Source: Chlorokybus atmophyticus
Lineage: Eukaryota; Plantae; Mesostigma and Chlorokybus algae
DNA length: 64,000 nt
Direction of reading: 5' to 3'
NCBI GenBank assembly: GCA_009103225.1
Contig: RHPI01003788.1
Coordinates: 273,582-337,581, forward strand
Program-made: the position numbers and the translations under genes
Part shown: piece by piece, positions 48,920 to 62,181 of the stretch
Layout of the letters: each line of letters begins with the position of its first letter
Numbering within the stretch: position 1 is the stretch's first letter
Notes under the pieces: generated by a model
Database searches by the model: none
Told to the model about the DNA's origin: nothing
Seen by the model: only the letters and a program-made list of their open reading frames with translations

Positions 48920-51900
48920 GAAATGTTCGTGGCATTGCCAATATGCGCTCAGGCATCGGGGTTTTTAATCGCAGAGCTTTGCTGGCATGTTTACGGGAAT
49001 GATCGTGTAGGCGCTCACACGCTGTCTTGCTGCAAAATATAAGGATTGCTGACTCAAGCCACGTCTCTTGGCTCTGCAGGTTCTGGGCGGGCGGATCGGT
49101 GTGGGCTCTATCACAGGGCAACAGCGGCGGTGTTGCCATCCAATATCCACGTGCATAGCAACACATGCTATTGGATGAGGGGGTGGCCGTGCCTGCTCGC
49201 TGCTGCTGGCTCCGCTTTAAGTGGGAGAGTGGTGTTCTTCCACTTGTCAACGTCCATGCCCCTAATTCCTTAAAAGACCGGCATGGCTTGTTTCTTTCAT
49301 TGCTGTTAGCCCTACCCCCTGCAGATTGGGCGGTCTTTGGGGGAGACTGAAATTATGTTGGCAACCCCCTGACCTGGACAGAATGCAATTAAGGCTCTCT
49401 CCAACAGCGCTGGAGCTTGCAGCTTTTCCATGCTGGGGCAGCGCTACAAGCTTGAAAACAGTCTTCGCGCACACTTTCCATTGCTCTTCATCTGTACATG
49501 GGTAGGATCCGAGCATGGCGGAATGCTTCCCATGGACCGCTTCTATTCATCCTCATGTCTTCGGACACTTAGTGGCAACCAGTTGGTGCGGGAGGGAGAG
49601 TCTCTCTCTGACCGCGATTCAGTTTTTTGTGTCTCCGCGCAACCTCTGGTTCTCCACGCAGGCTAGGCTGTTGGAAGTTGGACGGAGGTTTGCTTTGGAT
49701 TTCAACTCTTATTAATGACTTCCTCTGTCAATGGGTTGTGCATCAGCAGACTCGCCCCTCGGGGCCTCTTCTATTGCTGTGATTTGAGGCTGACTTGTGC
49801 ACTCTTGCTTAGCGCCATGAAGCCCGCCACAAGCGAGCCCATCACACTGAACTGGCATTTCTTTGATCTCTTTTGGCTGGGCTGAAAAGAGCCTTAATCA
49901 CTTCTCCCCCCTTACGGACAATGATTAAGAAGCAGAGGAACCTGCTTACTAGCATTGACACTCTTAAAGGGCATGTGCTGGAGTTGTCCCATATCCGTTT
50001 TGCTAGTCAGCATAGACTGCTAGGTGAGCGGATGAACAGTTGTGTTTTTCTTAAAATGTAAAGCCGACCGGCTCTCCTCCTGTCTGTTATCTTCATCCTT
50101 CTCTACGCATTCTCATATACCCCAGTTGCTGAGTTAGGAGGACATCTGCCGCTGTTTGGGACTACTACAAACAGTTTTTCACTGCGTCCCACCGTAACCC
50201 GGCGCTTCATCTCCAGGCCAAGGAACGGTGCACGTCCTGTGTTTCACAGACAGTAAATTCTAAGACGTTGTCGGCTCTCTCCAACCCATCTTGGCATCAG
50301 ATCTCAACCCCGCGCTAAAAAGCATGGATCCTGGCAAATGTCCGAGCAAAGACGTGCTTACTGCAGCTTTTGCAGACTGTTTGGCCATCTCTAACGCAGG
50401 GACTATTACTTACTCTGTTTGGAGGTCCTACGTGGGGAGGCAATGGGAACAATGTAGCGGGTTGAAGTCATCAAGCTCATCCACAAGAAGGGCCCCACCT
50501 CTGATTTGCAAAACTCGCGCCCTTTCACCATGTTGCCCTTTCACTACAAGATTTCTGCGCGCGCACCTTAAGTTTACGCCTCGCTGCAATCCTCCCACAT
50601 ACCATCTCTCCGGAGCAGACAGAGCTTGTGCGAAAGACGGTCCATCCTTGATAATGTTCTTATGGTGCTGGATGTTGCTTCCCACGCACACAGTTTGCGA
50701 CAGCAAGTGGCTCTTCTCCTGTTATACTTTGAGAAGGCGTTTGATCGCATCATCTGAGATTACTTAGTGCAGTTATGATGCGCCGAGGCTTTGACTCTAC
50801 CCTTCGCGGCTGGGTGCGTACGTTCAACGGTGGCAGCTATAGTTGTCCTCTTAAATGGCTTTCTCACGGAGGAGTTCCCGTAGGAGCGCAATGTACGCCA
50901 AGGCTGCCCCCTTGCTCCCATCCTTATCGCCCTAGCGGATGAGGCCTTGAGATCTCTGTTGATCCTCGCCACATGTTAGAGGCCTCACTCTCCCAGACTT
51001 GGCCCATTTGGGGGAGGAGGATGATACTCAGATATTGGAGATCATACATCTTGAATATGCTAATACGGTGGTCGTCTTAAAACTCATGGACGGGTCCCAT
51101 GCAGGCTTTACCAATAGCATGGACACCTTTTACCTGGCTTTAAACGCGTGCCTCAACCTCACCAAATCGGTTGGAATTAGGGTGGGGCCGGGCTTACCGG
51201 TATCGCCATCTAATTGGGGGGTGCGCTAGCCGCTGGTGATGCAGCTGCACTCATAGGGTTTCGGCTCTCCCTCATCACGAGTGGACTTGTTGTCCTCCCT
51301 CTGGAGCTGACCAATTTGCGTCAGCGAATAGCCTCGTGGAGTCGGCATCATCTCACTTATGGGCGCGTGCTGGTCTTGAACGAATGCATAATATGCACTT
51401 TATGGTATACGACCTCGTTGCTAAGACCATCATCCAGTGAACAAGCAATTCGCCGCCTGAGCACGGAGTTCTTGCGGCCGCATTTTGAACCATCAAACGG
51501 CGACCTCGCCGATGTGATGCGCAGGGTGAGGGGCTGTGTTTCTTGGAAGGTGGTGGTGTTGAGGATATTCTTGTATCCGGTGTGCTTGCCCTGCGGATAA
51601 AAATAGGCGCGAGAACATTCGGGCGCGAGAAAGGTCTAGACGAGGACTTGAGTCGAGAAGGTTCCAGGCGCGGAGTCGAGTCCGGAAACTGGAGACTTTC
51701 AGGCGCTGTAGAAGAAACGTTGTAGCTCGGTGGTTACATCATTATATGGCGCGTGTCATAGCTTGTTGGAAAGCTCTTGAAAGTAGCTACGTGGTGCTTA
51801 GAGCGCAGGAATTGGTTGAGTGTAGAAGTCGTGGTGACTTCTAGAGTAGACAGGTGCAGAACTGGCGGGTATAAAAGCCCGCGGTGTGACTTTGTTGTAA

Positions 51901-52915
51901 TCCTTAGAACGCCTTTTTGGGATCAGCCTTGTGTGTATGCTATGGTAGAGTGTGTGTGCTTGTGCTTGCACCAACTCCATGCATGATCAGTAGTGTCCAA
52001 ATCTCAACGGGTGTGCTTGCCAGTGCGGCAAGGCGGCTTGGGCGTGCTGAACCCGGACACGCAGTCCCGTGCACTTCTTGCCAAGTGGGCTGTCAGACTG
52101 TCCAATCCCACTTGGGTGTTATGGAAGTCCCTCGCCTTTCATCAATTTCGCGCGTGGGTGTCCCACCCCCGCCATCTAGAGGTTCTTTGGCTCCTACCTC
52201 TAGCGTCTCTCATGTTGTCGAGCCTCATTCTCCGCCTAATCCATGTCACCTCACTGGCGCTCTATCATTGCTTCTTAGTTGAAACTTCGCCCTTTCATCG
52301 CACCCCCCCCCAAAAACTATAAAGAGGTACTTATGCAACACCTCTTCCATAACCCTCTTCTCCGTGATGCACGAGGTGCGGTGCTGAGTTTTTCCCGCAC
52401 GCTCTTTTTTAATATGGTGGCTCAAGATTGTTACAGAGACGCGGGACCTGTGGGATACGGAAGACCTCCAGCCATACACCCAAAGTACCATCTCGCACTA
52501 GGTTGAATCACCTGAGCCAGCGCTCTCCCTTTTGTGGCATAGCATCCCCCCGGCCTAGTGCAACCTGCTGCACGCTGGCCCGCAATCTCCCCGAGCTGAG
52601 GAATGGTAGGTCGAGGTTGACAAAGCTGGCGCTTCAATCAAGGTGCACTATCTGTAGCAGGTCGTGGGTAAACAACTCTTGAGCACGAGCTTTACTCGCA
52701 GCAGATCGGAAGGGCAGACTTTGTCAGGCCCCTCACCAGCGTTGCTCCTCTCTTCAGCTGGTCTCTTTCGCGTCAGGGTCTGCCCACCACCACTGCAATT
52801 GCACACACACCCAGCGGTGGGCTCGCTCAACTTGACTGCTCTTTTTTGTCGCGCCTGCCATGGTCGAGGGTCACGCCGTCTCGGGCACAGTGCAGACGAG
52901 CCCATGCCGTGGGCA
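48920..52915 (+). mobile_element. Decayed L1-clade LINE ORF2 (APE endonuclease, RT, zinc-binding C-terminus)
   Basis: GNSGGVAI, VNVHAPN...FGGD*N, DRFYSS; LIHKKGP..DLQNSRP, FEKAFDRI, RQGCPLAP, YAN (for YAD); VSWKVV/CLPVRQGGLG split by an insertion; CRAC near 52850. Confidence 0.9.
51557..52009. mobile_element. Solo-LTR-like insertion (453 bp) within the LINE
   Basis: Begins TGTTGAG and ends CTCAACG (CA changed to CG); flanks GGTGG/GGTGT (4 of 5 match). Removing it restores the LINE motif SWKVVCLP. Confidence 0.8.
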
Positions 52916-55492
52916 TGCTGATGCTACGCGCAGCATTTGAGCAACACAACAAAGACAACCCCCCACACATAGGCATAGGCTTGGGGATGAACCTATGTGA
53001 GGATTTGATCAGTAGTAGAGCTGGTGACGCTCCTCCTTACTGTACCTGCTGTGCTGTAGTACACACAGTCAACAAGCCACCCCCCCTGAGGTTCTGGGGT
53101 AGCCTCCAAGACTCAGCTTCTACTGACTGTGTGGGGGACCGTTAATGCGGCAGTCATCGCACCAATACTCCCACAGCGGCACCTTGTCCAATGGAGGGTC
53201 AAGGCAGTAACAGTGCCTTGGTTGCAGCCTTCGCACAACAGCATCATCGGGTCGTTGTCGGCGTTGCCACATGTCTCGCAGCGGGTGCTTTGCGGTGGTC
53301 GCGAGGGTGCTGGATCTTGCAGAAGCCAGCAACGTGGGGAAGATACCAGGGCGCGCAGTTCCCCATGTTTTCGTTCATGTGCTCGCCTTGTTGTCCCAGA
53401 AGGTCCAGTACCCCTGTGGGATACACCTTCAATACCTTATAGACAGCGTGCCCAACGAAGGTGTTGAGGGTGTCGATTGTGGTTGCCATGCGGTAGATGA
53501 AGTCTCCTTACTGTAAGCGGCGTTTTCGCTCCTTGTAGACTCCGCTGCGCACACGCTCGTAGCGAAGCGTGTCGGGGTGTTGAGCAATGCGCAGGTTGTT
53601 AAAGGCCATGTGGACAGTGTGCTCGGACAGCGCGATGCGCACTGTCAGATCATACAGCATCTCGTCGGGGTTGTCGAGATTGTCCACCATTATGTTGACC
53701 TTTTGCTGTGCGCGGCAAGGGAGCAATGGCTGCCTTTCAAACAGCAAATAGTATGGACTGTACTCTCGCAGTGCTGCCTGCTTTGACAGCCAAAATCCCA
53801 GTGCTACCCATGGGAGGTGGTCATCCCATGTGCTCTTCTCGTAGTTGAGGATGTACTTTGGCAAAGCCTTTTTGATGGTCTGCACGGTACGCTCAGCGAG
53901 ACCATCGGCGTGTGGATGGTCGCGTGAAGTATGGCGGTGGTCGATGAAGCTTCATCTGTCCATGAGCTTGTCAAAGGCTCCTCTAAACTCCATACCTTGG
54001 TCGGTGATGACTTCACCACAGCTGCCGAAGCGAGTCCGAGTACATGGGAGAGGAAAGCCTAGGCTACTCCCTCGCTGCTCTTGTCAAGCAGGGGCACCAG
54101 CTCCACCCATTTAGAGAAGTGCTCGATCATGACGAGGATGTAGCGGTTGCCTCACGCTGAGGGCAATAAATCCCCGAGGATGTCTAGTCCCCAGCGGTAA
54201 AACAATCCCGAGATGGGGAGGGGATGCAAGGTGGCATTGCGCATGTCGAGGCTCGTGCGGACCATGTCACACTGCTGTCAGTCGCTGACGAACTCGCGCA
54301 CCTGTTTGTGCACCCCATACCACCAGTACTGAGTCCTGACTACACTGGCCGTGCGCTTGATACCGAATTGTCCGAGCTCGGTGCGAAGAGCAGCAATGAT
54401 GCCTTCTTGCGCAGCTGGTGTTGGGACCTTCTTGTCCTCATTTTATATCCGTTGATACAGTTTGTCGTCGGCCCAGCATTAGTGCTAAGTGCGTCGACTG
54501 ACGCGGTCCTTCTCGCGCGCGCTCATGCCTGCTGAAAATTGTTCGATCCAGAGTAGTGCGAGGGATGGCTTGTTAAGCTAGATGTCCTGTCGTGTGTCGG
54601 TGGGTGCCAACTCCTCATCCACCACCTCAGGGTCGGCGGCGAGCGCTTCCTCTGATAAGGGGTCGGTAACGGTGACGGTGGGCCCGAGAGAAGGCGCATC
54701 CTCGTCTGCTGCTGCTGTAATGGCCTGGATTTCGCGTCCTAAACGTAGCGCAGCGACAGCGAACATGGCCGCTACACCTAGAGGTGCGACTGCAAGACCC
54801 AACTCGTGTCGGGCTCCTGTTGCATCGTTGGTGCTGAGGTGGGGGTTGCGATTAAGGCAGTGCGTGTCCTGGTTAGACAGGCCTGCTCGATGCTCCACCT
54901 CCAAGTTATACTCTTGCAGCAGTAGTGCCCACCGTGCCGGCTTGCCTGTCGGGTGCTGGTTGGTCAGCCACTTCCGTGTTTGGTGGTCAGTGATCACTTC
55001 AAACCGCCGTTCAAACAGAAAGGGGCGGGAGAAGGAGATGGCCCATACTGCGGTGAGACACTCCCCCTCGTAGCTACTGTAGTTGGCCTTAATGCTGTTG
55101 TTGCTGCGGCTGGCATACGACACTACACAACCTTTCTTGTTGTCATCGTGCTGCACGAGCACTGCTCCCATGCCAAGCTTGCTCCAGTCTGTGTGCAGGA
55201 TGAATGACCTATTGTAGTCAGGTCACTGAAGAATGGGAGCTGTGGTGAGTTGGAGCTTTAACTCCTCGAAGGCCTCTTGTTGTGCCTCCTTCCATAGGAA
55301 CTCCGTGTCCTTCCTCAGCAGTTTGTTAAGTGGCCGCGCGATCTTTGCAAAGTCCTTGACAAACGGTCTGTAGTAGTTGGCAAGGCCGAGGAAAGCACGC
55401 AGTCGCGTGAGATCTTTGGGGGCAGGGATGACTACCAGTGCCTCCACCTTGGCCTGCTGTACATACACACCGTGGGGCACAATCATGTACCA
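52916..55492 (-). mobile_element. Decayed Ty3/Gypsy element 3' half (RT end, RNase H, integrase, PHD finger, PPT, putative short 3' LTR)
   Basis: LRAFLGLANYYRPF; FILHTDWSKLGMGAVL...NYSSYEGEC...ITDHQ; WGLDILG...IEHFSKW...HPHADGLAER; PHD at 53280-53150; PPT AGGGGGGGTGGCT at 53087-53075; LTR starts TGTTGAC at 53074, probable end ...TCAGCA at 52916. Confidence 0.9.
53150..53280 (-). other. PHD finger (C4-H-C3), one frameshift
   Basis: CETCGNADNDPMMLLCEGCNQG / HCYCLDPPLDKVPLWEYWCDDC. Confidence 0.9.
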
Positions 55493-55643
55493 TGTTAGCA
55501 TGAGCATGTCTTGCACACTGCTCAGTCCAGTCAGCTTACGAATTGGCTAAGGCATGAGCCTTGGAGATACCACTACTAGTATGAGCTGATATCGATCAGT
55601 CATGAGTCTGTAGCAGTTATCGAGTCCACTACGCGGAGTATGA
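55493..55643 (+). mobile_element. Truncated Copia LTR (first ~150 bp), same family as 57716-62692, opposite orientation
   Basis: TGTTAGCATGAGCATGTCTTGCAC...CACTACGCGGAGTA is the reverse complement of the LTR end at 58222/62692. It interrupts the Gypsy RT and breaks off just before a poly-C/N tract. Confidence 0.93.
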
Positions 55644-55670
55644 TGCATCTATCAAGTGTACCCCGATCCC

Positions 55671-55781
<111 letters not shown>

Positions 55782-56849
55782 CCGTCTCTGCACTGTTGGG
55801 CAATGTCGGGGAATGCGCTTGACCCCTACCCTTAGGGGGTCGGAGATGTACATTCCCCCACCGTACCTGGGTGGGGATTGGTGGGGGCATTCAACACTTT
55901 ACCCCGACCCTCTCCATGTTGAGGATGGCGGGGAATGTCAAAGGAATGTTAAGGGGATATTAATTGTCAGAGCCGCCTGTTGTGCACATTGCACAGCAGG
56001 CTGTTGCAAAACGTAGCCAGGTGCATATATCGCTAGATCTACATATATGTATATGTAAGCTATAGTGTATATATGCATATACGTATGCGTATATTCATAT
56101 ACGTATGCATATATGTATATATACAAATGTGTATACATTATTATCAAAGTGAATAGATACATAGATAAGTAAATGAATAAATGAACATGTATATATGGTT
56201 ATACTCTACGTATTACACATATGTGCATCAATTCAAAAGAACATGGTACGAGTAGCAAATTAGGGCGAGGAGACAAATATGAGAGGGCACAATAAGGGAG
56301 GGGCAAAAGAATGCGAGATGTACTACCTGACACTTATCGGTATTGGTGGAAGGTCAAGACGTACTTACCACCATAACATCATGACCATTGCGGGGCAACA
56401 GCAGCAGCATACCAATAGTTTGTAGATGGTTTTGGGGACTTTATGACGAAGCCTTTGACTACATGATGTGGTACACTCAAGGCATCCGGTGCCGACGATT
56501 TGATCACTACGGTGTTGGACTGTTCAAGCTGTAATAGTTATTCTGTGAGCACAATATGCAGTTTTTAGTTAGAGCCGCAATTAGAATCGTTGTGAGACCA
56601 TGGCCTTTCTCATATCATGTGCGTGCGTGCGTGCGCGCGCGTCAGGTGCGTGGGTGTGTGCCTGGGGCCGAAGCTGATGGAGGGGCTGGTTGTCATCCTC
56701 TCCTTCCCGGATGCGATGCTATGACTGTCTGTAGGTATTGCACCATTTGCGGTAATGATGAAGGTAATGTCAACAGGTGGGACTTCCGTCTAGGAGGTGT
56801 AGTCAATCTTTATGCCTGTGCATATGTTTGTCAAGCCGATCAACAAGTA

Positions 56850-57710
56850 CGTTAGCGTGGAAAGTGTCGTGCAGATTGTCTTTGAGGGCAACCTATCCTT
56901 AAGTTGCAATTGTTAAGGCCTGCCTGGACAAGCGTTGGGTTGTCACGGACGTGCGATAGTTGAAGGCCAAAGGATGTCATTATTGTGTCAGACTCTTTCC
57001 TTACAGATTGTGTGATAAGATACTCGCAACAATGCATATAGCTATATACATATTGTTGCAACGAGTTGACAAGCCTGTCGGGCATGCAGACGGCCGCCGC
57101 GGCGCCGGCGAGAGCCAAAGTTTTTAATGCGATGTTGAGGCCACGAGTTAAGAACCATGTTGACAAGTAGATAGACCTGATGAGGATCTTGTCATTGCGC
57201 CATTGTGACCGAAGCTACGCTGACTCAGTCCAGCTGTCCGTAGCTAGGCCGACAAACAAACTTTGTTTAAAGATATTGAAATCCTGCCTTAGGTTAAGAA
57301 CGAGATTGTAATCATGCGAGTTGATGTCATTTAGTAGTTGGACTACCACGCAATGCGCCAACTAGATGATATGGGCATGGTCTAGGCCTGTTATAGCGAT
57401 GAGCAAGGGCTACCTTCGTCACGTACAATGTGAGCTGGTACTGCTAAACGAAACAAGACATGTACATGGTCTTCTTTGCAACGTTAATGCCGAGACTTCA
57501 CGCAAGGTGTCTGCCAACGAAGACTGATTGTGCGCCGCCGTCAAGTGTAACGCAATGTGATGCACAGCCGTCGATCTGCATGTGCTTGCCGCGATTGTCC
57601 ATTATGATGGCGCTAGCATTCTGAGGGGTGCGGTCCTTGAGACGATGTGGCATGACGTCAGCTGCTATAGTGAGTGGGGCAGCAGCTGCAATGGCGCTTC
57701 AGGAGGATAA
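56850..57710 (-). pseudogene. Decayed retroviral-type aspartic protease region (likely Gypsy pol N-terminus)
   Basis: VTLDGGAQSVFVGRHLA*SLG resembles LD(T/S)GA..V.I...LA..LG, followed by HDYNLVL and DSWTESA; interrupted by the Copia insertion. Confidence 0.55.
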
Positions 57711-57715
57711 CCTAT

Positions 57716-58222
57716 TGTTGAATACTGAGCAAGCGCTGGCCAACTACCGCATACACATGCACCAGAACATACACACAAGGCGTGCACACAAGGCTTGCAA
57801 AGGGGTTTCACTCGAATCAACAACTTGTTAATTCTGTTGGCCTTTATACCAGCCAGACTACACATGTCTACTTTAGCAAGCACCGCGTGAGCTATACTCA
57901 GCAGATTGCCAATATGTAAGCTTGGTTGTCTAGCTTACAGCCAAAGCTTATCAACAAGCTAAGCCACGCCTCCTAAGGCTACGTATACGCGGAGTTCTCG
58001 CCGTTCTCCCAAGGCGTTGGCTGCGTCAGGCTGCGCCAGCCTCATGAGCAAGTCCGGAGTCTCCTGCTTGGTCGTACTCCGCGTAGTGGACTCGATATCT
58101 GCTACAGACTCATGACTGTTCGATATCAGCTCTTACTAGTAGCAGTATCTCTAAGGCTCATGCCTTAGCCAATTTACAAGCTGACTGGACTGAGCAGTGT
58201 GCAAGACATGCTCATGCTAACA
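57716..58222 (-). repeat. Copia 3' LTR (507 bp)
   Basis: Hand alignment to the 5' LTR: about 19 substitutions and one 4-bp indel. Confidence 0.97.
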
Positions 58223-58238
58223 TTCCCACGCAGGCAGC

Positions 58239-61200
58239 TTAGTAGACTCCAAGTCCTCTAGTGCAGTCATGGAACTTCTTCGTCACCAAAGGCTTGGTCA
58301 TGCAGTCAGCCAGCATCTCTTCCGTGTTGCAGTACTTGAACGCCACCTCCTTCCTTGCCACACGCTCGCGCACGAAGTGGTGAATTACGTCAATGTGCTT
58401 TGACCGGAATGAAGCAATCGGATGCTTTAGCAGCTTGATTGCGCCTTGGTTGTTGCAGTTGATGCTCATGCGGCTTGCAGGGTAGCATAAGTCCACCTTC
58501 AGCTTCTTCAACCACAATGCCTCCTTGACTGCCGATGAGGCAGCCACGTACTCCGCCTCTGCTATCGAGGCAGCCACGGTAGGTTGCAGCTTACTGTTCC
58601 AGCTAACAATTCCGCCATTTATCTTGAACGCGTAGCCAGTAGTTGACCTCCTCGTGTCGAAGTCCCCAGGGTAGTCAGCGTTACAGTAGCCCTCCAACTC
58701 CTTGTCTCTAAAACCAGCTCCCTCTCCAGAGTGAACGCCCACGCTTGTGCTCCCCATCACATAACGTAGCAACTCCTTTGCAGCTCTCCAATGCTCCATG
58801 GTGGGTGCTGACATGTATCGTGCAAGCACTCCCACAGCATGTGCGATGTCTGGTATAGTGCTCACGGACATGTAAAGCATGCTCCCAACCAACTCACTAT
58901 AAGGGAACTTGCTCCTGTCGAGGTGCTCTGTCTCACTCATTGCTCGCTGCAGCTTGGCTCCCACGGACATGGGTATTACCTTGCCTTTGGCGTCTGCCAT
59001 TCCAAACTTCTCCACAATCCTTTGCGCCATCAACTCCTGGCTAATCTTGGCTGTCCTGTTGTCCTTGTTTCTCTCGATCACCATGCTTAGAAAAAGCTTT
59101 GCCTCTCTCAAGTCCCTCATGTCGAAGGCAGACTTGAGATGTCTTCACCTCCTCCAAGTCCTTCAGCTTCTTCGCAGCAGCCATGATGTTGTCGACGTAG
59201 ACCAAAAGCCAGATCTTCTTCTCCTTGTGCGTGAAGAGTCCAGGATCACCTTCAGAAGGTGTGCAGCCAATCTTCTCCAACTCCTTGGTGAGCCGGATGT
59301 GCCATACTCTTGGCGCTTGCTTGAGCCCGTACAATGCCTTTACAAGTCTGCAAGCAGTGCCTGGTCCTCCCTCCTCATAGCCCTTGGGTTGCTGCATGTA
59401 GATCTCCTCCTCCAACTCTCCGTAGAGGAATGCAGTCTTCACTTCCAAGTGGTGTAGCTCCCAATCCTCAGCTACCACAAGTGCAAACATGGTGCAAAAG
59501 GTTACAAGCTTACTAGCAGGGGCGAACACCTCATTGAAGTCAATGCCCTCTTGTTGCAAGTACCCCTTCACCACCAATCGTGCCTTGTATCTCTCGATGC
59601 GGCCTTGCCCATCGCGCTTGATCTTGTACACCCACTTCACCGGTAAGGGCTTCACTTCAGGTGGGACCTTCTCCAGCCTCCATGTGCCGTTGGCGTGCAA
59701 GGATGCTATCTCCTCGTCCATCGTATGCTACCATAGCTCTGTGTCTTGGGCTGTCATTGCCTCCTCATATGTGGTAGGCTCCTCCTTCTTGGTTAATGCT
59801 GCCAAGCTTTTGAAGCGTCCTTCCTCAGGTCTCGTGCTCCTCAGCATGTACCTGGGCTCCTCCTGGACCTCCACAGCTTCTTCCTCCGATGCTTGTTGCT
59901 GAGACTGATGGTTGGTATCTATAATTGGGTCCGCAGGGTGCAGAATGTTGTTGATTGGTGACTCCTCCATGTGGGGGTCCTCCTCCTCCTCGTCAACAAC
60001 AACCTCTGGGACAGCACCTGTGATGCCTTCCTCTATAAACATCACATTCCTACTCACCACCACCTTGTTGGGCGCCAGCTTCGTTTGCAGTTGCTTGGGG
60101 ATGAAAACATACGCTGTAGAGCCGAAAACCCTCAACATAGAAATGTCTGGCCTTTGCTTGGTGAAAAGCTCCCACGGTGTCTTTGCTTGAGATTCATCCG
60201 ATGAGCAATTGCGCACATACGCTGCAGTAAGCAGTGCATCTCCCCACCTATGGTCTTGCATGTTTGCGTCCACCAGCATTGCTATGACTTTCTCCAATAG
60301 GGTTTTGTCCAGCCTCTCAGCTGCTCCGTTTCGCTGCGAGGTGTAGGGTGCCGTGTATTGGTGCGTGATCCCGTGCTCGGCCAACCAGATCTTCAGCTCC
60401 TTGCTGATGTATTCTCCACCTCTATCTGACCGCACTGTCACCACCTTCTCTTCTGACTGTTTCTCCATCAGGGTGAGTACCTTCTTTAGCTGTGCCGACA
60501 ATTCCGACTTCAAACGCAGGGGCACCACCACCGCAACCTTGCTGTAGTCATTCAAGAATGTACAAAAATACCTGTACCCTTCAGCAGTTGCAACGGGCAG
60601 TGGTCCGCATAGATCAGAGTGTACCAGTTGAAGAGGCTTGGTTGTCACACTCTGTGATGCTAGGAATGGCAGTCTTCGTCGCTTCGCCGGCACACAAGGT
60701 TCACACAACACCTCTTGCATGGTTTTGAACTCCTCCGGCTTGATGTTGATGCCATTCACCATGTCTTCCTTCACCCGCCTGGTGAGGTTATCGTAGCCGA
60801 GATGTCCAAATCGTCGATGCCACAACGCTGCGGACTCTTTGGTCGATGCAGTATACGCTTGCACTCCAGCAAGCTTTACATGATACTCTCCTCCTCCATA
60901 ATCTTTGGCAATCATGTACACGACCCCATCAAACAGTACACGCCCATGGTCTCCCTCAAAAACAGTCATAGACCTAGCTATTGCAGCAGCACGCACTGAG
61001 ACTGGACTTACAACCGCTCGAGGAACATGTAACACATTGCGCAAGCACACTTGCCTCTCAGCTCCGTCAACACTGCAGTTAAGGTGGACGTCCCCCATGC
61101 CAATGGCTGCTTCCTCACTGCTCCTAAATGCGACTTTAATCGGCTTGTTAATAAGCCTGTAGCTCTGGAACTGCTCCTTGTCAAAGGTGAGACGCTTGTT

Positions 61201-62070
61201 GCACCCGGAGTCTAGCACCCAAGCAGTAGCAGATCTTGACGATGCAACTGTAAATGCCATGGGTTTCTCACCCTTCTTGTCGTTTTCGCCACCCTTCGCC
61301 TTCTCTTGCTCCGCTAACCACAGCCGGCACTCCATCTTGAAGTGGCCCTTCTTCCCACAATGATGACACTTGAGGGTCTTCTTGTAGTCCTTCCCCTTCC
61401 TGTTGCCACCGTTGTACGAGCCTCCTCCTCCACCCTGACTTCCTTTCTTTGAGCTTAAAGCAGCAAACGCCACCGAATCTGCTTCATCTCTTCTCCTGCC
61501 TGTCTTCTCTTCTTGTTGAAGCATCATGGGCAGCATCACATTGAGCTTGAGTTCTTCCCTTGGCGTCTCAAGCACGGTCACCACCAAGTCGTACTCCTCA
61601 GGAAGTTCGGAGAGGATAGCCCAAACTAGCTCCACCTCCTTCACCTCGTGGCCTATCGAAGTGAGGTCTTTCCACAGCTCCCTTGCTCGTCCCGCGTACT
61701 TGGAGATAGGCTCCGCTGACTCCTTCTTCAGCGCGTTCAGCTGCCTTCTCAGCTGCAGCTTCCTTGCATTATTGCTTGCTTTGAATGTGTCTGCCAGCTT
61801 TTGCCAAGCTTCCTTGGCATGCTCACACTCATCAAGCATTACAAGATGGTGATCCTTCACGTTCAAGCATAGCAATGCAAGTGCCTTTTCACTCTTCTCC
61901 AACCACACACTCTGCGTACCCTCTACAGGTCCGTCGTTGTTGGGATCGGCATACTTCCACAAACCCTTGTGCTTTAAGAGCGCCTTCATCTTTACGCTCC
62001 ATGTGCTGTAGTTCTCCAGGTCCAGAGGTACCACCGACAACCTAACGCTGGAGCCTTCATCTTCTGCCAT
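58239..62070 (-). pseudogene. Copia gag-pol, disrupted
   Basis: NYSTWSVKMKALL, CHHCGKKGHFKMEC, WVLDSGC, LWHRRFGH, LVHSDLCGP, RSDRGGEY, RYKARLV, SKHIDV. Stop at ~59728, frameshift at ~59150, YVDN instead of YVDD, RNase H YCNAD instead of Y.DAD, and an apparent in-frame deletion at KLAP/NKVVVSR. Confidence 0.95.
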
Positions 62071-62168
62071 CTTATCACGCCTTCTTCAGAGGTCTTCTAC
62101 AAGTAGCAGTTTCGCTCAGCTTTTTCACTAGTTGTAGTGCTGTCTCCTCTCTTGAACCACTAGCAGTG

Positions 62169-62181
62169 TGGGCCCATAACC
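62169..62181 (-). promoter_or_regulatory. Primer-binding site GGTTATGGGCCCA (half-tRNAiMet type)
   Basis: Directly abuts the 5' LTR end and matches the internal tRNAiMet PBS of Drosophila copia-type elements. Confidence 0.85.
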
